Shown here piece by piece: positions 46,179-55,971 of a stretch of DNA of 61,661 nt. The DNA lies in NCBI GenBank assembly GCA_035654855.1, contig DASRVY010000012.1, positions 1-61,661 on the forward strand, in the 5' to 3' direction. Both the position numbers and the translations under genes were made by a program. How positions within the stretch are numbered: position 1 is the stretch's first letter; each line of letters starts with the position of its first letter. This DNA is from Bacillota bacterium. GTDB lineage: Bacteria; Bacillota; Clostridia; Saccharofermentanales; DTU023. Under the pieces are notes generated by a model, which saw only the letters and a list, made by a program, of their open reading frames with translations, ran no database searches and had not been told where the DNA came from.

Positions 46179-46207
46179 TTGCCATGCCTTTGTAGGCATG
46201 GTAAAAT
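46179..46207 (+). promoter_or_regulatory. Candidate rpsT promoter
   Basis: TTGCCA (46179-46184), 17-nt spacer containing the palindrome CATGCCT-TTGT-AGGCATG, then TAAAAT (46202-46207). Confidence 0.45.
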
Positions 46208-46240
46208 GCATGGCGTGTCAAAAAGCTCCGGAGGTAAAAA

Positions 46241-46501
46241 ATGGCAAATATTAAGTCATCTATTAAACGTGTAAATATCAATGAATCTAAAAGTATGGTG
46301 AACAAGCGCAAAAGAAGCGCGCTAAAGACCCAGATTAAAAAGACAGATCTGGCAATACAAGAAAATGCAGATAATGCCCAAGAAATTCTCAGAAAGACTC
46401 AGGCGGATATAGATCGGGCCGCCACTACAGGCCTTATCTCGAAAAATACCGCTGCCAGAAGAAAATCACGTTTGGCCAGACTTGCAAAACAAAGTCTTTA
46501 A
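46241..46501 (+). CDS. rpsT: 30S ribosomal protein S20
   Basis: MANIKSSIKRVNINESKSMVNKRKRSALKTQIKK... is a typical S20. Confidence 0.93.
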   Translation: MANIKSSIKRVNINESKSMVNKRKRSALKTQIKKTDLAIQENADNAQEILRKTQADIDRAATTGLISKNTAARRKSRLARLAKQSL

Positions 46502-46621
46502 GTATAATTAATCTCACTTGCGGGAATCCGATCCAAAGAGCTGATTAAAAATATCATAATTTTGTTTGCCTGTTTTTATTCGGATTTTGCTTGCTATGTG
46601 GTTGTGAATAATAAGAATAGG

Positions 46622-46647
46622 CCGCTTCGCATAGAAGCGGTTTTTTT
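46622..46647 (+). terminator. Intrinsic terminator downstream of rpsT
   Basis: CCGCTTC-GCATA-GAAGCGG followed by TTTTTTT. Confidence 0.75.
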
Positions 46648-46692
46648 GTGGTAAAATACCAATATTGTGACGTGTAAGGGTTTGGAGGAATC

Positions 46693-47679
46693 ATGAGAAG
46701 AAGCAAAGCAGCTGTTTCCTTAGGTTTGGTATTGGGGATTGCACTCTCAGCCGTGGTATTTGTCTATGGCTATTCTCGATATGTACTCAGCTTACCCACC
46801 TATGTAGACACTGAAGAGACGATCCCCATCGAAGAAAATCTTGAGGATATTGAAGATTTAGAACCGGAAATGAGCGAAGGTATGGAAAAACCTGTGTTTT
46901 CAGATCCGGGAATCCGCAATATTTTGCTGATCGGCTCGGACAGACGCGATCAAAAATCACACGGGCGCTCAGACAGTATGATTCTGGTCTCGATCAATGA
47001 AAAAACCAGGAAGATACATCTGACTTCTTTTGGCCGCACTATTTGGGTTAGTATTCCTGATGACGCAGATCCCGCTTACGCGAAATATTGGTCGCCAAAC
47101 TATACCCTGAATGCTGCTCACACTTGGGGCGGATCCAGATTATTGCTCAAAACAATTCAACGGAATTTCCGTATCGATGTCCAGGATTATGTCAAAGTGG
47201 ACTTTGTCAGTTTTGTGAAGGTGATTGATCAAATCGGCGGTGTCGAGATTGAATTATCCAAGTCGGAGGCCAATCATCTCAGGGGGCAGGGTTTTTCTCT
47301 GAAAGCAGGCAATGAACTGCTGAACGGTGAAGAAGCTCTGGCATATTCGCGCATCAGAAAAATAGATAATGACTGGAATAGAATGGGCCGCCAACGCACT
47401 GTTATTGAGAGCTTAATCCATAAAATGCTCAATATGAGCTCAACGGCGATTTTGAAGATGCCTGAAAGAATCATGCCTCATCTGGAGACTAATATTTCTC
47501 AGGCGGAAGTTCAGAGTTATCTGCTTAAAGCTTTGGATTACCGCAAATATGAGATTGACCAGATGTATCTGCCGATTGAGACATACGAAGCGCTGGCTAA
47601 AACTTCAAGAGGTCAGGAAGTATATAAAATAGACTGGGTTAAAAATATTGATGCTTTGATGGAATTTATCGAAAGCTAA
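46693..47679 (+). CDS. LytR-CpsA-Psr (LCP) family cell-envelope phosphotransferase
   Basis: N-terminal TM, then NILLIGSDRRD...GRSDSMILVSIN...AYSRIRK, typical of LCP. Confidence 0.85.
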   Translation: MRRSKAAVSLGLVLGIALSAVVFVYGYSRYVLSLPTYVDTEETIPIEENLEDIEDLEPEMSEGMEKPVFSDPGIRNILLIGSDRRDQKSHGRSDSMILVSINEKTRKIHLTSFGRTIWVSIPDDADPAYAKYWSPNYTLNAAHTWGGSRLLLKTIQRNFRIDVQDYVKVDFVSFVKVIDQIGGVEIELSKSEANHLRGQGFSLKAGNELLNGEEALAYSRIRKIDNDWNRMGRQRTVIESLIHKMLNMSSTAILKMPERIMPHLETNISQAEVQSYLLKALDYRKYEIDQMYLPIETYEALAKTSRGQEVYKIDWVKNIDALMEFIES

Positions 47680-47697
47680 TGAGACTGGAGAGATTAT

Positions 47698-48201
47698 GTG
47701 ATCATTCTGGGAATCGATCCAGGGTATGCTATTACGGGCTATGGGATAATTGTCAAAGATAAGGGCAATCTCAAAGCCATTGATTATGGAGTCATAACCA
47801 CTCCCGCCAAAGCTTATTTCCCCTTGCGTCTGCGCGATATTCATGAAAGTCTTTCCCATCTGATTAATGAATTCAGACCGGATTGTGTCGCCGTCGAGGA
47901 GCTTTTCTTCAGCAGGAACACTACTACTGCGATTGGAACCGCACAAGCCAGAGGTGTGGCAGTGCTTGCAGCTGCCCAAGCCGGAAAGCCGGTTTATGAA
48001 TATACGCCCTTGCAGGTCAAAGTTGCTGTTACCGGCTATGGCAGAGCAGAAAAATTGCAGATACAGGAAATGGTCAGAATGTTGTTAAAACTCAAGCAGC
48101 AACCGAAACCTGATGATGCTGCGGACGCTCTGGCAGTAGCAATTTGTCACGCGCATTCCGGCAACCGGCTGGATTCACTGGCGGTTGGCGGATACCAATA
48201 A
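47698..48201 (+). CDS. ruvC: Holliday-junction resolvase RuvC
   Basis: ILGIDPGYAITGYG..., ...VAVEELFF..., ...DAADALAVAICH. GTG start. Confidence 0.9.
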   Translation: MIILGIDPGYAITGYGIIVKDKGNLKAIDYGVITTPAKAYFPLRLRDIHESLSHLINEFRPDCVAVEELFFSRNTTTAIGTAQARGVAVLAAAQAGKPVYEYTPLQVKVAVTGYGRAEKLQIQEMVRMLLKLKQQPKPDDAADALAVAICHAHSGNRLDSLAVGGYQ

Positions 48202-48223
48202 AAAATGAATAAGGCGGTAGTAT

Positions 48224-48829
48224 ATGTATGCATATATTAGAGGGGAAATAGTATCCAAGACGTCGGAGAATATTATTGTTGAAATCGGCGGCATCGGATA
48301 TGAAATCCAGATTCATCCCGGCATGGTTAATGCTCTGCCTGCGGTCGGCGAGACAGGTAAAATTCCTGTAGAGCTATATGTCCGAGAGGACCAGGTGTCT
48401 CTGTTCGGTTTCCCCGGCGAAAAGGAAAAAAATCTTTTTCGTCTGGTTCAGTCTGTCTCGGGAATTGGCCCCAAACTTGCCCTGACAATTACCGGCACAA
48501 TCTCTCCTGAAGCATTTGCCCTGGCAGTCCTCAACGATGATTTAGATACGCTGACCACAATTCGAGGTATCGGCAAGAAGAGTGCTCAGCGCATGATTCT
48601 GGAACTCAAGGACAAACTACGCCATTTAGAACCGGATGTTGATGTAAATGAGGCGGATCTTTTTACTCCGGCAGCTGCAGAAAGTATAGAGATGCAGACC
48701 GTTTCAGCGCTTATGGTGCTAGGTTATCGCAGGGATGAAGCGAGAAAAGCGATCTTGGCCTGCGGACGTACAGAAACGGACAGCCTTGAAGATGTTATAA
48801 TTAAAGCTCTTAAGACAATGCAAATATAG
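48224..48829 (+). CDS. ruvA: Holliday-junction branch-migration protein RuvA
   Basis: MYAYIRGEI..., HhH motifs (SVSGIGPKLAL; IRGIGKKSAQRMILELK) and C-terminal domain III. Confidence 0.92.
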   Translation: MYAYIRGEIVSKTSENIIVEIGGIGYEIQIHPGMVNALPAVGETGKIPVELYVREDQVSLFGFPGEKEKNLFRLVQSVSGIGPKLALTITGTISPEAFALAVLNDDLDTLTTIRGIGKKSAQRMILELKDKLRHLEPDVDVNEADLFTPAAAESIEMQTVSALMVLGYRRDEARKAILACGRTETDSLEDVIIKALKTMQI

Positions 48830-48887
48830 GGTCCGGGAGAGAAGAATATAGAAGGCTATTAAAATATAGCAATCCGGAGGGAAGACT

Positions 48888-50018
48888 TTGTACAATATTT
48901 TCAGCCAAATGGATGAAGAACAAGATGAAGAACGGATATTATCCCGCAAACACCTGACAGAAGATAGAGACGAATCGGGCACTCGTCCCAAGTCTCTGTC
49001 TGAATTCGCCGGGCAGTCCAGAATTAAGGATAATCTCAGAGTCTATATTGAAGCCGCTTTGGAGAGAGGTGACTCACTCGATCACGTTCTCTTATACGGT
49101 CCTCCCGGCTTGGGTAAGACCACTTTGGCAGGAATTATTGCTAATGAGCTGGGTGTCCAGATGCGCATTACTTCCGGACCTGCGATTGAGCGGCAAGGCG
49201 AACTGGCCGCTATACTGACCAATCTTGAAGAGCATGATGTTCTCTTTATTGATGAGATTCACCGTCTTAACCATACCGTAGAAGAGATTTTGTACCCGGC
49301 AATGGAAGATTACGCACTCGATATTATGATTGGCAAAGGGCCTGCGGCGCGTTCAATCCGACTGGATCTGCCCCCCTTTACCTTGATTGGCGCTACTACC
49401 AGAGCAGGTCTGTTGACTTCCCCCTTGCGGGATCGTTTTGGCATGATTCATCGTCTGGAACTTTATTCGGATGAGGAAATTGTCCAGATTTTACAGCGCA
49501 ATGCCTCTATGCTTTCTATCGGTATAAATCAAGATGGATTGGAAATATTGTCCGGACGCTGCCGCGGCACGCCCAGGGTCGCGATTCGACTCTTGCGGCG
49601 CATGCGCGATTTTGCCCAAGTCAGAGGCAGCGGCGTTATTGACCGCGAAATCTGCAGTGTCGGTCTCGATGCCCTGGAGATTGACGAGAGAGGACTGGAC
49701 TCAACGGACAGAAGGATCATGCTGGCAATGGCGGAGATATATAATGGCGGTCCGGTGGGTCTGGATACACTGGCAGCCACAACAGGTGAAGATCCCGGCA
49801 CAATTGAGGATGTCTATGAACCCTATCTGCTCCAGATTGGCTTTATAGCCAAAACTCCTCGCGGCAGAATGCTCACAGATCAAGGCTTCTTCCATCTAGG
49901 GATGGAACCGGTTGTCAGAGCAGCGGGCAGCTCAGTTTTGGAGGCTCAGCTGGCCTTGCGCGATTTGGAACAAGACCAATCAGAGCAAAACGAATCTGAA
50001 CAAGATTTCTTAGAGTAA
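48888..50018 (+). CDS. ruvB: Holliday-junction ATP-dependent DNA helicase RuvB
   Basis: Walker [10 protein letters not shown], Walker B LFIDEIHR, sensor ..GATTRAG.., RGTPRVA. Acidic N- and C-terminal extensions. TTG start. Confidence 0.95.
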   Translation: MYNIFSQMDEEQDEERILSRKHLTEDRDESGTRPKSLSEFAGQSRIKDNLRVYIEAALERGDSLDHVLLYGPPGLGKTTLAGIIANELGVQMRITSGPAIERQGELAAILTNLEEHDVLFIDEIHRLNHTVEEILYPAMEDYALDIMIGKGPAARSIRLDLPPFTLIGATTRAGLLTSPLRDRFGMIHRLELYSDEEIVQILQRNASMLSIGINQDGLEILSGRCRGTPRVAIRLLRRMRDFAQVRGSGVIDREICSVGLDALEIDERGLDSTDRRIMLAMAEIYNGGPVGLDTLAATTGEDPGTIEDVYEPYLLQIGFIAKTPRGRMLTDQGFFHLGMEPVVRAAGSSVLEAQLALRDLEQDQSEQNESEQDFLE

Positions 50019-50065
50019 AACTAATCAAATTTAGATAAATAATGACAAGGTCGATCTGACAAATA

Positions 50066-50653
50066 ATGAACACTCATCAAGTTGAAAAAATTCTTCTGCA
50101 CACTTGCTGCGGCCCCTGCGCGGAATATCCCGTTCAGGAACTTTTGGCTGCTGATTACGAGCCTTTACTCTATTATTTTAATCCCAATATCCAGCCTCAG
50201 GTTGAATGGCAGCGCCGCCTCGAATCTCTGCAGAAGTTAAGTGAGATAACAGATCTCGCGCTCGTCGCTGAAGGCCGCTCTGAGACCGAGCGCTGGCTGG
50301 AGATGAAAGATTCGCAGATTGACCGCTGCCGTTATTGTTACAGAACTCGCCTGGAGAAGGCAGCCCAATATGCCCGCAGCAACGGTTATCCAATCTTCAC
50401 AACAACACTGCTGGTAAGTCCATATCAGCAGCACGATCTTATCGTCGAGATTGGCAGGGAATTGGCTGTGGAATACGGGCTTGAGTTCTTGGCCGCTGAC
50501 TGGCGGCCAAGATATCGTCAGGGACAGCAAATGGCCAGAGATGATGGGCTGTACCGTCAACGCTACTGCGGCTGCATAATTTCGCTGGAAGAATCCTCCT
50601 ACAAAGATAAGATCAAAAAGGAGCTGGATCAATTGACCCAATCTCTCCAATAG
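50066..50653 (+). CDS. queH: Epoxyqueuosine reductase QueH (DUF208)
   Basis: LLHTCCGPC N-terminal Cys motif, CRYCY and YCGC clusters, and a length of about 195 aa. Confidence 0.85.
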   Translation: MNTHQVEKILLHTCCGPCAEYPVQELLAADYEPLLYYFNPNIQPQVEWQRRLESLQKLSEITDLALVAEGRSETERWLEMKDSQIDRCRYCYRTRLEKAAQYARSNGYPIFTTTLLVSPYQQHDLIVEIGRELAVEYGLEFLAADWRPRYRQGQQMARDDGLYRQRYCGCIISLEESSYKDKIKKELDQLTQSLQ

Positions 50654-50801
50654 CTTCGGCAATATTTTGTTTCTTTATTGAAGGCGCTTAACGGGCAGTA
50701 CACAGAACCATGACAGTTTTTGTGCTCCGATTTGCGACGGCGAGGGAGCAAGATGAACACTCAGAAATAATTATGACTGACGATGGCAGATACTGTCTAA
50801 G

Positions 50802-52757
50802 TTAATCAGCAGGTGTTTTTTTCAGTTTGGCGGGATCTAGAGGCTCGCTCAAAATCGTAGCGTAATCGTCATAGACAACATACCCCGGATGCGCACCTTT
50901 GGGTTTCTTAACATTGCGTACAGGGCAATAATCCACCTCAACTTTAGCCCTGCTGCCGGCTTTACGCGAGAACCAGGCTGCGATTCCGGCAGCTTCTTCA
51001 ATTGTTCGCCCGGGAATATCATCTAGATCCTTTTTGACGATTACATGTGTACCGGGCGCATTCTTAACATGCAGCCAGAGATCGTCCTTTGCCGCTTTGC
51101 GCAAGGTGAGCTGATCGTTTTGAATATTATTGCGGCCAACGGTGATCAATAACCCGTCAGACGATAGATAACGGCGCGGCGGCAAGGGTTTTTCTCCCGG
51201 CTTAGACTGCGCTTTTCTCTTATTTGCTGCAGGCTTGGGTGGCTTATACTTGCGTTTGCCGGGTTTCCCCGGTTGATTGTTAATCAGAGCCAAAGAAGAG
51301 CCGGAGCGGTCTTTTCGCCGTTTGTTCCCGGATGGTATTCGGCCTTGAGCACTGTCTTGAGAGTCCTCGGCATCACGCAAAAATTCGCTGTTTTGGGACT
51401 GGCGTTTGCGGCGCAAATAATGCCGAAATTCACTGTTAAGCGCCTCCGTATCTTCAATTTCATTTGAGGTTTCCAGAGCTGTCTGCATGGACTGCAGCCA
51501 GGCGATGTCTCTTTCATCAGCGGCTAACAGGCGGGAGCCTATCTTGAACTTATTTTTTGCTTTGTTTGCCCGGCGGAAATAGCGTTCGGCGTTGGCCGGA
51601 CCGGACAAATTTTTGCGCAGCGGGATCTCTATTTGCACTTGCTTTGGATCGTAATAGTCAGTAGCCTGCAGGCTGGCTGAGCCAGGCTGATACTGCCAGA
51701 GATTGGCTAAGATGAGCTCGCCGTAATGCTGCCATTTGCCCGCATCTTGGCCTTCCTGCATGTCCTTGCGATGAATATTGGCTTTGCGGACGGCCGCATC
51801 CAGTTCGTGACTGAGGAGACGCCGCAAATGCTGTTTTTTCTGCTCCAATCTGTTGCTGTCGATTTGACTGCGGCTATAGACAGTCATCGCTGCCACTAAA
51901 GAGTCAATCGATACCTTATGCAGATAGGAGGGAAGATCAAGGGCATAAAAGTCAAGAGGATACGGATCATCGGCATCGGCAAAATATAAAGTTGGCTGCC
52001 ATTCTCTCTTCTTGATTTTTACCATCTCTGCTGCCAGAGCGTGAGACAGCAGATCCAGCCGGGAAGAATTGAGATCCTTTAACTGCAGTCTTGGATCCAG
52101 GCCGGAGCCTTGCACAATTTGGCCGGCAGGAAATGGTGAGAGCCCCATAATCAGTGCGACCAGAGCTTTTTCCAGATGCAAAGAAGATAATTCCTGAGGA
52201 AAGGTGTACGCGCCGGCATCATATTGCTCCAGCCAAGCCTCAGGAGTTAATTTGTCTTGAGAAGGCGGCAGCTGATAAGGGTGAGCGGGCAAAATCTCGC
52301 GAATCCGATTAATGCTGTGGTCGACATGGATAATCGAGTCATGGATAGTGCCGGCTTCATTCAACAAAACAATATTTGTTCTTCTGTTAATTAATTCTGC
52401 AATCAGACGCTTTTCGACATAATCTTGAAACTCATCCAGAACTTGAAAGCGCAGAATAAAAATGCGTTCATAGGGAGGTATTTCCACCGATATTAGACGG
52501 CCGCCTTGCAGATGCTTACGCAATAACATGCAAAATGACGGCGGAATTTGCGGGTTTGCAAGTTTCGGGTCACCCAGATAAATAGCGGGCAGGGAAGGAT
52601 TGGCACTGATCGTAAGCTGTTCCTGTTTTCTGCCGTTATATAAAGTCAGGACAATGGTGTAGCGGTCCGGCTGCATTATCTTGTCAATGCGGGCTCCTGC
52701 CAGTCTTTTGTCCAACTCTTCACATAATGCTGTTGCTGTTATTCCGTCAAGTGCCAT
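50802..52757 (-). CDS. rqcH: Ribosome-quality-control NFACT protein RqcH (FbpA-like)
   Basis: NFACT-N (MALDGITATALCEELDKRL...IDKIMQPDRYTIVL), coiled-coil middle, and NFACT-R (..ITVGRNNIQNDQLT..DLWLHVKNAPGTHVIV..). Confidence 0.85.
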   Translation of the reverse strand: MALDGITATALCEELDKRLAGARIDKIMQPDRYTIVLTLYNGRKQEQLTISANPSLPAIYLGDPKLANPQIPPSFCMLLRKHLQGGRLISVEIPPYERIFILRFQVLDEFQDYVEKRLIAELINRRTNIVLLNEAGTIHDSIIHVDHSINRIREILPAHPYQLPPSQDKLTPEAWLEQYDAGAYTFPQELSSLHLEKALVALIMGLSPFPAGQIVQGSGLDPRLQLKDLNSSRLDLLSHALAAEMVKIKKREWQPTLYFADADDPYPLDFYALDLPSYLHKVSIDSLVAAMTVYSRSQIDSNRLEQKKQHLRRLLSHELDAAVRKANIHRKDMQEGQDAGKWQHYGELILANLWQYQPGSASLQATDYYDPKQVQIEIPLRKNLSGPANAERYFRRANKAKNKFKIGSRLLAADERDIAWLQSMQTALETSNEIEDTEALNSEFRHYLRRKRQSQNSEFLRDAEDSQDSAQGRIPSGNKRRKDRSGSSLALINNQPGKPGKRKYKPPKPAANKRKAQSKPGEKPLPPRRYLSSDGLLITVGRNNIQNDQLTLRKAAKDDLWLHVKNAPGTHVIVKKDLDDIPGRTIEEAAGIAAWFSRKAGSRAKVEVDYCPVRNVKKPKGAHPGYVVYDDYATILSEPLDPAKLKKTPAD

Positions 52758-52946
52758 TTGCTCCGGTCCGTCCCCGAGATTTTGTTTTACTGACCTGCGC
52801 GAGACTTCTCTTCGCAGATCTTTGCCGCATAACTTCAGCCTTGCTGCCTAGCTTTATAGTCCGGCCTTACTGTTGTCTTTGCAGAAAGCTTTCCGAATTG
52901 CGCATCTTTCCGTATAATAGCATATGAAAGATAAGGAGAAATCGTT

Positions 52947-53192
52947 ATGGCGAAAAATAGGCTGGAATATGATGGCTTTACGGTCTACGGCGAAAAAACA
53001 TTGCTGCAGAAAATATGGTCTGTCGGTATCGGACGTATTTTCCTGCTTGCCCTGGCCTCAACTGTTATTATCCTGATTGATGTGCTTATTTCCTGGAACA
53101 ATGCCAAAACTTTCCTGATTATTCTGGGTGTCGAGATTTTGATCGTTATCGCGGCAAGCTGGATATATTTCTTTTTTAATCTAAAAAATTAG
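52947..53192 (+). CDS. Small two-TM membrane protein, function unknown
   Basis: 81 aa with AAGGAGA SD and two clear hydrophobic helices. Confidence 0.5.
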   Translation: MAKNRLEYDGFTVYGEKTLLQKIWSVGIGRIFLLALASTVIILIDVLISWNNAKTFLIILGVEILIVIAASWIYFFFNLKN

Positions 53193-53348
53193 TTCATAAA
53201 ATTTGCTGTATTTTAAGTGGTGTTCTATGGCGCCGGCTTCAAATATAAAGGTCCGGCCTTTGCTGAGATTTGTTTTAACATGTAAAACGTTTGTTGGTGT
53301 AATATATTTGGGTGTATAGTACGCAGCACTTAAGGTGAGGAGGTCCAA

Positions 53349-54395
53349 ATGTATACAGCAAATAAAGTGTTGGTAAAGCAATTTGAAGAGGAACACGAAT
53401 TTTTCAAAACGCAGCTGAATCTGGGGAAAGAAATTCTCTGGCTGACAGAAGAAGAATGTATCAAGGCAGGTCCCAATATTGATGAAACGCTGGAATTGGT
53501 AAACCGAGCCATGATTTATCACGGCAGGAAGGAATACGAAATGCCTGCCAAAATCGGCATTCATCCTTTTGAGGATGTTTTCTACCATGCGATGCCCGCT
53601 TATGTTCCCAAGAATCTGTCCGCCGGTATGAAGTGGATTGCATGTTACCCCAGAAATCCGGATGAGTATAAACTGCCCCAGACAACCGGCTTGTTGATTA
53701 TGAATGATATTATGACCGGCGTACCTGTCGCAGTGATGGACTGCACCTGGCTGACAGCGATGAGGACTCCCGCTGTCACTGTTTTGGCAGCTGCGAAACT
53801 TCACCCCGATGCTAAGACATTCGGCATGTTTGGCTGCGGCGTGCAGGGTACGGAACATGTCCGTTTCATCGTTAAAACCCTCCCTAAACTGGAGAAAATT
53901 TATATCTGGGACATTATTCCTGAGCGCATGGACGAACTGATCGAGGCAGTGAAGAAAGATGTTGAGATCCCTGTCATTAAGGCTTATCCGGAGGATGTCG
54001 CGCGCAACTCAGAAGTCTTGAGCTCCGCAACTCTTTGTGTGCGCGAGTCGATAAATTATGGCAAGGCAGAGTGGATCAGCAAGGGGCAGACGATATTGCC
54101 ATGTGATCTCAGTACTTTCTGGGAGCCGTCACTTTTATTTCAGGCAGACAAATATATTGTCGACAGTATTGACGAGCACAGATTGTTTGAAGATATGGGC
54201 TATTTCCCTGATGGTCTGCCTGAGATCCACTGTGAGACAGGTGAGATGCTTGCCGGCCTCAAAGAAGGCCGTACCAATGCTGACGAACTGATTATCTGCA
54301 GCAATATCGGCATCTCCACCAATGACGTCTCGATGGGACATTTAATCCTGGAGAGAGCATTCGAGATGGGGCTTGGCCGCAAGCTGCCTTTGTGA
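53349..54395 (+). CDS. Ornithine cyclodeaminase / mu-crystallin family protein
   Basis: ...TAMRTPAVTVLAAAKL..., Rossmann FGMFGCGVQGTEH. GAGGAGG SD. Confidence 0.8.
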   Translation: MYTANKVLVKQFEEEHEFFKTQLNLGKEILWLTEEECIKAGPNIDETLELVNRAMIYHGRKEYEMPAKIGIHPFEDVFYHAMPAYVPKNLSAGMKWIACYPRNPDEYKLPQTTGLLIMNDIMTGVPVAVMDCTWLTAMRTPAVTVLAAAKLHPDAKTFGMFGCGVQGTEHVRFIVKTLPKLEKIYIWDIIPERMDELIEAVKKDVEIPVIKAYPEDVARNSEVLSSATLCVRESINYGKAEWISKGQTILPCDLSTFWEPSLLFQADKYIVDSIDEHRLFEDMGYFPDGLPEIHCETGEMLAGLKEGRTNADELIICSNIGISTNDVSMGHLILERAFEMGLGRKLPL

Positions 54396-54459
54396 TTGTT
54401 GAAGACGCTCATAAATCAGTACAGTACTCATACTGACACCGGGGCTTGTTCTTAAATTT

Positions 54460-54491
54460 GCCGGCAGGAGCTAAAGTTTCCTCCTGCCGGC
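54460..54491. terminator. Hairpin between convergent genes (possible bidirectional terminator)
   Basis: Perfect 11-bp stem GCCGGCAGGAG...CTCCTGCCGGC. The flanks are only weakly U-rich on either strand. Confidence 0.4.
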
Positions 54492-54520
54492 TTACAGAGC
54501 TCTCTTTTCAACGTGCCGTA

Positions 54521-54706
54521 TTACCCCTTCTCTTTTGAGTCAAGAGAAGCTTTTCTATTCAGTCCTTTTCTCTTTTTTACGCATTCGGTCAGCAGATACT
54601 CAATTTGTCCGTTTATGGATCTAAACTCGTCATTTGCCCAGGAAGCAATTTCCCCATATAGCTCTGCGGAGATGCGCAGAGGAATTTGCTTTTTCTTATC
54701 ACTCAT
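54521..54706 (-). CDS. Ribbon-helix-helix (Arc/MetJ-like) DNA-binding protein
   Basis: 61 aa. [39 protein letters not shown] fits the beta-strand/helix/helix pattern. It starts 1 nt after the SPFH stop. Confidence 0.6.
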   Translation of the reverse strand: MSDKKKQIPLRISAELYGEIASWANDEFRSINGQIEYLLTECVKKRKGLNRKASLDSKEKG

Positions 54707-54707
54707 C

Positions 54708-55736
54708 TCAATATAGGCTGCCGCTGTTTACAATTGGCTGAGCGTCCTTGTTTCCACACAGTACAACCAACAGATTAGACACCATTGCGGCCTTTCTCTC
54801 CTCGTCGAGATCAACAATGTTGTTCGCGCCTAGTTTGTCAAGAGCCATTTCAACCATCCCAACAGCGCCGTCCACAATCATCTTGCGCGCGTCAATAATT
54901 GCACTGGCCTGCTGTCTTTGAAGCATAGCTGCCGCTATTTCCGGTGCGTAAGCCAGATACGTTATCTTTGCCTCAATTATCTCAAGGCCTGCCTCCTCCA
55001 CGCTGCTCTGGATCTCCTTGCGGATTCTCTCAGCCACAAGGGCGCTTGATCCCCTGAGGCTGCCCTCGTCAGGCTCACCGTCACCGGTTGTATCGATCCC
55101 CTGAGCCACATCATATGGATATATCCTGACAATATTGCGCAAAGCACTGTCACACTTCAAAGAGAGATACTCTTTGAAATTGTCCACGTTAAATACCGCT
55201 TTGGCAGTGTCAACAACTTTCCACATGACAGCTATCCCTATTTCAACGGGGTTGCCGAGCACGTCATTCACCTTTTGACGGCTGTTGTTCAGAGTCATTA
55301 TTTTTAAAGAGATACTTTTGCTGACACCGGCAGAGACACTTTGACCGGTTGTTGAAATTACAAGCTTTGACGAGCTGCCTGCTCCGTCGTCAACATCTCC
55401 GCTCTGCCCCAGACGTGTTCGAGCTGCAGGGTTTACGGCGACAGAAAAGGGATTTACAAAATAGAAACCCGCCTCCCTGATTGTGCCGGTGTATCGGCCA
55501 AAGAGGGTAAGTACAAGAGCTTCCTGAGGTTTTATGACCTTTAAGCCGGGGATAAGAAATGTGGCCGCAACCATGAGCAGGATACCTGCAGTAAGAACGA
55601 TTCCGCCCCACACACCCTGCCCCTTTTCAATCATTGTCCCGCCTGCAATGGTGAGTGCAAGAGAAATAAAAAACAGAAAGATTGTAAATATCAGCATCAA
55701 CATGCCTGATCTTGGCTTTATGGCTTTTTCTTCCAT
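54708..55736 (-). CDS. SPFH/band-7 (stomatin/flotillin-like) membrane protein
   Basis: Two N-terminal TMs, then an SPFH core (..[32 protein letters not shown].., ..[24 protein letters not shown]..). Confidence 0.85.
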   Translation of the reverse strand: MEEKAIKPRSGMLMLIFTIFLFFISLALTIAGGTMIEKGQGVWGGIVLTAGILLMVAATFLIPGLKVIKPQEALVLTLFGRYTGTIREAGFYFVNPFSVAVNPAARTRLGQSGDVDDGAGSSSKLVISTTGQSVSAGVSKSISLKIMTLNNSRQKVNDVLGNPVEIGIAVMWKVVDTAKAVFNVDNFKEYLSLKCDSALRNIVRIYPYDVAQGIDTTGDGEPDEGSLRGSSALVAERIRKEIQSSVEEAGLEIIEAKITYLAYAPEIAAAMLQRQQASAIIDARKMIVDGAVGMVEMALDKLGANNIVDLDEERKAAMVSNLLVVLCGNKDAQPIVNSGSLY

Positions 55737-55759
55737 AGAAATAACTCCTTATTATTAAT

Positions 55760-55781
55760 ATCATTATGATATCATTATGAT
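55760..55781. repeat. Tandem palindromic 11-mers ATCATTATGAT x2 (candidate operator)
   Basis: Two exact adjacent copies, each an ATCAT-N-ATGAT palindrome, embedded in the larger near-palindrome TAATATCATTATGATATCATTATGATATTA. Confidence 0.55.
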
Positions 55782-55795
55782 ATTAAGTATGTCAA
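55766..55795 (-). promoter_or_regulatory. Promoter of the SPFH-RHH bicistron
   Basis: Minus strand: TTGACA (55790-55795), 18-nt spacer ending in TGa (extended -10), TATCAT (55766-55771). AAGGAG SD follows. Confidence 0.55.
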
Positions 55796-55895
55796 CAATA
55801 AAATCAGATAATTCCATAAAATTTGAAATCTACGGCTTAAAAATGGAGTTAACGGGCGTTGCAGTGTTCCGGTGCCGGATGTCATTCCAAGAGAG

Positions 55896-55937
55896 CCGGG
55901 TGAGAGGATATTTTCTCTCACCCGGTTTTTGTTTTTT
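55896..55937 (+). terminator. Strong plus-strand intrinsic terminator with no annotated upstream gene
   Basis: Perfect 11-bp stem CCGGGTGAGAG / CTCTCACCCGG, 8-nt loop, tail TTTTTGTTTTTT. Confidence 0.75.
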
Positions 55938-55971
55938 GGTACTTAAGCGGATAGTTTTCAAGATCTGCGTG

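Noticed and set aside
46502-46621. Roughly 120-nt spacer between the rpsT stop and its terminator, with a long-range AATCCGA...TCGGATT pairing.
   Set aside because: The loop is too long for a terminator, and there is no recognisable riboswitch or sRNA motif. This is insufficient evidence for a separate feature.
53181-53858. 225-aa minus-strand ORF. Similar long antisense ORFs are 9182..9760, 50237..50662, 6699..7055 and 4191..4649.
   Set aside because: Each is antisense to a gene with clear family motifs (OCD, M23, QueH, FtsE, Fhs), and their translations are Cys/His/Arg-rich nonsense.
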